Assembly: GCA_963705305.1 (NCBI GenBank) | Contig: OY970067.1 | Span: 4,000,001-4,064,000, forward strand | Direction: 5' to 3' | Length of the DNA stretch: 64,000 bases | Source: an uncultured Methylomirabilota bacterium | GTDB lineage: Bacteria; Methylomirabilota; Methylomirabilia; Methylomirabilales; 2-02-FULL-66-22 | Shown here: positions 59,075-64,000 of the stretch, piece by piece | How positions within the stretch are numbered: position 1 is the first letter of the stretch | How the letters are laid out: the number at the start of each line of letters is the position of its first letter | The notes under the pieces: model-generated | What the model was told of the DNA's origin: nothing | What the model saw: the letters and a program-made list of their open reading frames with translations, nothing else | Databases searched by the model: none | Made by a program: the position numbers and the translations under genes

Positions 59075-59563
59075 GGGTCGCCGAACCGATGGGCAGGGCG
59101 GCGTAAACAACCGTCCCGGTCAAAGTGGGCATAAACAACCGAGGAGTTGTTTATGGGGAAGACGAGGGTCCGAATCCCCACGGGGTCTGAATCCTGGTAG
59201 GACAGGGCCCCACTTTTGAGATTCGGGGCAAGACTCTCGCTGCATAGACTGGTAGGAGGACCCCTTGGGGGGAATTTCTAAGCATGGCGCGCGTCAGCGT
59301 GAGGGTTGGTATGGGGGGGCGCACCGCGCATTGAGGAAAATTCATTTACGGACGGCCGCTTCAGTAATTGATAGCAATGAAAGCGATCAACAGAGCCATA
59401 TCCCGCAGTCCCCAGAACTGCTCTCGGAGAAAGCTGCTTGCATTTGGCTCTTACGACAAACTCCCCCGATGATGTTTGCTTACACTTCGATCTGTTTGCA
59501 CATGAGGACGAAACTGTGTGCGCGAAACCTCGACGTGGATTTCGTGGGAGCATGAAGGTACAG

Positions 59564-60889
59564 TCATTCCGCACCTTTCAGCCCGTTGCGAATTTCGGCC
59601 ACAGCTTGCCGAATTGCCGCCCTGAGGTCACCACGGTCTTTGTCTGTAAGTTCCTGGAACGGCACGTACTGTTGTGTCTCCGTATTGGGGATGCCATCTA
59701 GCGCAAATCGCTTGTTGATCCTGTGCAGAGCTTGCCAGAAGTTCGAGGCGATGTGGGCCGCGGTAGTCTGGTCCATTTTCATGTTCGCAAGCCTGGTCGG
59801 AAGATACCGCGCGTTGAAGACCCCGCCGTCCTTCCCAAATCCGAGCAGGCTGGCACTTCTCGCTTCCTCTGCTGGATCGGGAAACTTGAGCATCAACGAC
59901 GCGGTAGCGAAGGTGGTTTCGAGACCGAGTTCTTGGCGGAGGTCAGTGTAGAGCGTCCGGATTGCCTTTGTATTGTCGTCTCCAATAGCTCCTTTGAGGG
60001 CGGCAAGGAAGACTTCTTCAGTCAAGGCCTGTTTCGATACCCCAGGTCCGGTTGGAGAAACCATGGATTTCGATTCCACACGCAACTGCTCCTGCAAGCC
60101 CGTCGCATACTCGATTCGGATATACGCACGCTGGACGGGTTCGACCTCCTGCACGATCTCTGGAACGACGAGGAGTCCTTTCTGGCCGGGCATGTTGTAG
60201 CAGCGAAGTGCGACTAGCCCGATCGAGTAACGCAGGTGAGAGGAATTCTCGCACAAGTAATCAACCAACTGCTGCAGCTGGGTCGTGATACCATCCCCCA
60301 CGATTATTGAGATGATGTCCCCCACATGCAAGGCCGCATTGACGGTATCTGTAAGGTCATCTTCCGCGATCTCATCACCAGCCAGGTCTGCGATCGCTGC
60401 CGCTAGAGAGAGGCCCCGCTTTTTCTCGGCCAAGAAGCACTTTTCGGACTTTACAAAGTCACGCCACGTCGTTTCAAGCCACGCAAAATCCAACGTGGCA
60501 AGCTCTCTCGTGTACTCGACGACCTGGCCAAACACATATCGACGGGCCTCGGCATTGCGCCAGAGCTTTGCCTCGACCACGACGGGATACCCGCTGGTGC
60601 TGAGGTAGAGATTGTCGATTGCATTGCCGCTCGGCAGCGGCACCTCCCGGCCAATGCAGAGCAGGTCCTCGGCATCGGCGCGCAGGAACTTTACCGGGAG
60701 CAGGGCGGGGTGCACCGCGAGCAATTCCTTGATGAAGGATTCATCGAATTGATCGTGGGCCTTGGGAACCCGGGTTAGCAGATGCCGAGTATATTGCTCG
60801 AACCTCGCTCCGGTCGATGCGGCGTTGGCCCCCGTCTTGGCATTATCATCAAGCGTGAGGAGTACAGGGTCTGCGGCCTGCCTGGGCAT
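59564..60889 (-). CDS. PD-(D/E)XK nuclease-domain protein (NucS/DUF91-like N-terminus)
   Basis: AGGAG RBS; IGREV....G.IDNL......VVVEAKLWRN.EARR....Q..EY; lower GC than neighbours. Confidence 0.75.
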   Translation of the reverse strand: MPRQAADPVLLTLDDNAKTGANAASTGARFEQYTRHLLTRVPKAHDQFDESFIKELLAVHPALLPVKFLRADAEDLLCIGREVPLPSGNAIDNLYLSTSGYPVVVEAKLWRNAEARRYVFGQVVEYTRELATLDFAWLETTWRDFVKSEKCFLAEKKRGLSLAAAIADLAGDEIAEDDLTDTVNAALHVGDIISIIVGDGITTQLQQLVDYLCENSSHLRYSIGLVALRCYNMPGQKGLLVVPEIVQEVEPVQRAYIRIEYATGLQEQLRVESKSMVSPTGPGVSKQALTEEVFLAALKGAIGDDNTKAIRTLYTDLRQELGLETTFATASLMLKFPDPAEEARSASLLGFGKDGGVFNARYLPTRLANMKMDQTTAAHIASNFWQALHRINKRFALDGIPNTETQQYVPFQELTDKDRGDLRAAIRQAVAEIRNGLKGAE

Positions 60890-60975
60890 TGGTGTCTCCT
60901 AATAATGTTGGACTCACCACGTAGCGGCCCCCTTCAAACTTCAAGGAATCGGGTCCTCGCCCAGATTTGAAGCGC

Positions 60976-63900
60976 CTATTCCTCTATTAGATTCCGTGTG
61001 CATTGGCCTGCCCGGACCGAAAAGAGGCCGGCATACTTCACCGGGGCCCCGGTGAGCGCTGCCCACTGCTTGGCATACTGGCGGACCTGATTCCCGTAGA
61101 GCGCGACGAGCGTCACGGCATCCACCTGATCCGTCTTGTAGTCCACCAACCCCCAGCCATCGGCGGACCGGAACGCGAGGTCAATGACCCCGTGGAGGAT
61201 GGACGGCGGTCCATCGCCATTGGATACCTTCACGGCGAAAGGCACCTCGACCAGGCGCTCCTCGGCGGCCATGGCGCGGCGCCAGAGATCGGAGGCCATC
61301 ACGCGCTCCTCGGTGTCGAGCGCCTCGGGGATCACCGGCTGCAGCTCCGCTTGCTCCACGGTAAACCAACGCGCAAGGCGCTCCAGGTGAGCGCGGTCGC
61401 AGTGCGGACCTCGGAGGGCCTGCTCCAGGAGGGCGTGGACCAGGTGGCCCCAGGCCATGCCGGTATCCGGCTCGCGACTGTGCCCCGCCTCCGGGGGCTG
61501 CGCAGGTCTGGCCCCCCGATGAGCAGTCCCGGTGACCGATTCGACTCGCCAGGACGGCGTAGCCGCCTGTCTCAGTCCTTCCTCACGGGCGGTCTGGGCA
61601 GCCATTCGAGCCTGGGGGCCGAGATCGCCCACCTGTGCGGGCGGCGCAGCGACCGCACCAGGGATCGCAAGGAGCGTGGCGTCCTTGAGGTACGGGGCCA
61701 GCGGCTCCCAGGGACACGTGGCCCGCCCGCCCGCGCTCCCGTAGCGGCTGATGACCAAGAGTTCCTTGGCTCGCGTCGCGGCAACGTAGAGGAGGCGGTG
61801 CTCCTCGGCGGTCACGTAGGCAAGCTCCGCGGCCTCATGCTCGGCCCAGCCTTTCGGGACAGCCAGCAACTTACGCCGCCAGTCGCCGACCGGTCGCGTG
61901 ATCGGGAGGAAGCCCACCGCCCGGATGCCATCCCGGAGGATCCGGGCGTCGGCCCGGGCCTTCACACCGCCGAGGGGGTCGGCCAGGAAGACAGTAGAGG
62001 CTTCCAGTCCCTTGGCCTTGTGGAGGTTCATGATCCGGACCACGTTCCGCCGTCCGGGTTCGAGCGGCACGGCATCGATGTCGGTGGATTCGATGTCCTC
62101 CTCCAGGGCGAGGGCGGCGTCGGCGAGGCTGCCCCCGGTCTCGGTGATCTGGCGCACGCGGTCCACCGCGTGGAGGAGGTTCCCCGTCGCCCCGCCGCCC
62201 AAAGTCGCCGTGGCGGCCTTGGCCAGGAGGCCGGTCTCCTCCAGCGCGCGCTCGACCGCGGCAGGCGCGGGCAGGCTTCGGGTCCACCGGAACATCGCCT
62301 GGAGGGCCCGGAGCGCCTCGGCCACCGGACCGGTCGCCCCCTCCGGCAGGGGTGCAGTCAGCAGCAAGCTTAATCCCACATCGCGGTGGCGGAAAAGCGC
62401 CTCGTCGCTCAGACCGAAGAGCGCCCCCCGAAGCACGCCGACCAGGGCCGTCGCGTCCCCCGCATCGCTCAGGGCCTGGAGGAGATTGGCGAGCACCCGC
62501 ACGCCTGGGGACTCCGCAAAGGCGGCCCCGCCGCTCACCTCCACGGGGACCTGCAGCGCCTCCAGGGCCCGGGCGTAGACGGGGAGCTGCTGCTTCTTCC
62601 GGGTCAGGATGAGAAAGTCCCCCCACTGGCCCTTGCCGCCCAGCACTGCCTTGTGGATGAACCGGGCGATCGCCTTCGCCTCGGCAAGGACCATATCCGC
62701 CCGGGGGCCGGTCCCTGGAATGTCCAGGATGCGGAGGCCAGTGGTCGCTGGATCGCCCTTGGCTCGATTGGGATCGGGATCCAGGCCGCCGAAGGCCGGC
62801 TGCTCCTGGGTCGCGGTGTCCGGGAAGAAGTTGGGGAAGACCCCGTTGCCCCACGTGCAGAGGGCGGGATCGGCCCTGAAGGAGGTCGTCAGGGGGATCA
62901 CCTGCCCGCCGGAGTCCTCGATGAGCTGGCGGACGCGGGTGTAGGTGTCGATGTCGGCCCGGCGGAACCGGTAGATGGACTGCTTCGGGTCCCCCACGAT
63001 GAAGAGGGCTCCCGGGCGAAGCGGGACGCGGGTCCAGTCGCGCTCCGCCGCCCCGGCGGCCGCTAGGAAGAAGATGACCTCGGCCTGGATCGGATCGGTG
63101 TCCTGGAACTCGTCCACGAAGAGCCACCGGTACTTCTGCTGGAGCGCGGTGCGGACCTCGGGCTTCTCCCGCAAGAGGTGGGCGGCCCGCTCCAGGAGAT
63201 CCCCGTAGTTCAGGGCAACGGCCCGCGCCCGCGCCTGTGCTGCGAACTCCCGACCCCCGCAGAGCAAGGTCATGGCCAGCCGATACACATACTGGCGCCA
63301 GTTCGCCAGGAACGGGGTGACGGTCTCCACCTGGAAGCGCTGAACGAGTGTCGCGACCTTCTCCGCCGCCGCCTTCTTCTGCTTGGGATCGGGATGCCAC
63401 CACTTCTGCGTGGCCTTGAATCCCCCCTCCCAGTCGGCGAGCAGATCCGCTAGGCCGCCCGGCCGGGAGCGGTCGGCCACCCGGAGCCGGCCACTGAATC
63501 CCTGCATGGTCTGCTGGATCGGGCAGGTGGTCTCTGGTTCGATTGGCCCGGGAAGGCAGCCATTGAGCGCCGTCCAGAACCGATCAAGGGCCTGCCACGC
63601 CGGGGCCGGATCCGGCGCCGTCCCCTCGCCCGGCGGGAACTCGATCTCCGCATAGGTGCACACGATCCGGAAGGCGCCATCCAGGTCCGGCGGCCTGACG
63701 CCCGCGTCGAGGAGATCACGGAGGGTGGGCGAGCCTGCCGCGCGCTCGCGGTCGAGATACAGGCGCCAGGCGCGCTCGCGCTGCTCCTGGTCGGCCGTCT
63801 CGTCCAGCTCCGTGAAGCCGGGCGCGACGCCGGCCTCCACGGGGCGTTCCCGGAGCAGGTGGGCGCAGAAGGCGTGGATCGTGCCGGCAAACAGCCGCTC

Positions 63901-63999
63901 CAGGCGGGAGAGCGCCTGCCGGATCCGGTCCTGGCGGGCCGTGCCTGTCTCTTCGGCGAGCCGCTTCTCCAGCGCGATCTGGAACCGGCCACGCAGCTC
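60976..63999 (-). CDS. addA: UvrD-type helicase/nuclease (AddA-like), 5'-partial
   Basis: TIHAFC, VDEFQDTD, VGDPKQSIYRFR, LHKAKGLE, LLYVAATRA, C-terminal GVIDL...VDYKTD; frame open to the window end. Confidence 0.9.
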   Translation of the reverse strand, partial: ELRGRFQIALEKRLAEETGTARQDRIRQALSRLERLFAGTIHAFCAHLLRERPVEAGVAPGFTELDETADQEQRERAWRLYLDRERAAGSPTLRDLLDAGVRPPDLDGAFRIVCTYAEIEFPPGEGTAPDPAPAWQALDRFWTALNGCLPGPIEPETTCPIQQTMQGFSGRLRVADRSRPGGLADLLADWEGGFKATQKWWHPDPKQKKAAAEKVATLVQRFQVETVTPFLANWRQYVYRLAMTLLCGGREFAAQARARAVALNYGDLLERAAHLLREKPEVRTALQQKYRWLFVDEFQDTDPIQAEVIFFLAAAGAAERDWTRVPLRPGALFIVGDPKQSIYRFRRADIDTYTRVRQLIEDSGGQVIPLTTSFRADPALCTWGNGVFPNFFPDTATQEQPAFGGLDPDPNRAKGDPATTGLRILDIPGTGPRADMVLAEAKAIARFIHKAVLGGKGQWGDFLILTRKKQQLPVYARALEALQVPVEVSGGAAFAESPGVRVLANLLQALSDAGDATALVGVLRGALFGLSDEALFRHRDVGLSLLLTAPLPEGATGPVAEALRALQAMFRWTRSLPAPAAVERALEETGLLAKAATATLGGGATGNLLHAVDRVRQITETGGSLADAALALEEDIESTDIDAVPLEPGRRNVVRIMNLHKAKGLEASTVFLADPLGGVKARADARILRDGIRAVGFLPITRPVGDWRRKLLAVPKGWAEHEAAELAYVTAEEHRLLYVAATRAKELLVISRYGSAGGRATCPWEPLAPYLKDATLLAIPGAVAAPPAQVGDLGPQARMAAQTAREEGLRQAATPSWRVESVTGTAHRGARPAQPPEAGHSREPDTGMAWGHLVHALLEQALRGPHCDRAHLERLARWFTVEQAELQPVIPEALDTEERVMASDLWRRAMAAEERLVEVPFAVKVSNGDGPPSILHGVIDLAFRSADGWGLVDYKTDQVDAVTLVALYGNQVRQYAKQWAALTGAPVKYAGLFSVRAGQCTRNLIEE

Positions 64000-64000
64000 T

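Overview
GC-rich bacterial window that is mostly accessory DNA. From left to right: (1) 1-7.4 kb, a partly decaying two-component cluster (two His-kinases, receiver proteins, a DUF6901-like protein, a truncated sigma-54 activator, and a sigma-54 promoter ahead of a small secreted protein). (2) 7.3-12.2 kb, mobile debris (frameshifted serine recombinase, IS4 with a nonsense codon, integrase-core element). (3) 12.5-30.6 kb, a GntR-headed catabolic cluster with a Dpp/Opp ABC transporter whose binding protein appears circularly permuted, two HcnABC/opine-oxidase-like flavoprotein sets plus a third catalytic subunit, an isochorismatase-like protein, a UroD-like protein and a split UxaA-type dehydratase. 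(4) 31-42.6 kb, an island between two tRNA-Val(TAC) 3' fragments, with an integrase remnant, a second catabolic operon, an internally deleted mini-RIT element, and an IS110 sitting at the tRNA-Val anticodon loop whose leader carries visible target- and donor-guide-like motifs (putative bridge RNA). (5) 42.7-55 kb, GATase/SDR, a tRNA-Leu 3' fragment, and a third GntR/aminotransferase/ABC/phosphotriesterase cluster broken by IS3 and IS630. (6) 55-64 kb, a DUF262 gene cut by a 3.1 kb four-ORF element with two DDE transposases, a structured non-coding stretch, a PD-(D/E)XK nuclease and an AddA-like helicase-nuclease running off the edge. Decaying genes repeatedly show apparent A:T->C:G substitutions. 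No CRISPR array, rRNA or complete tRNA was seen. All calls come from motif reading, not database searches.
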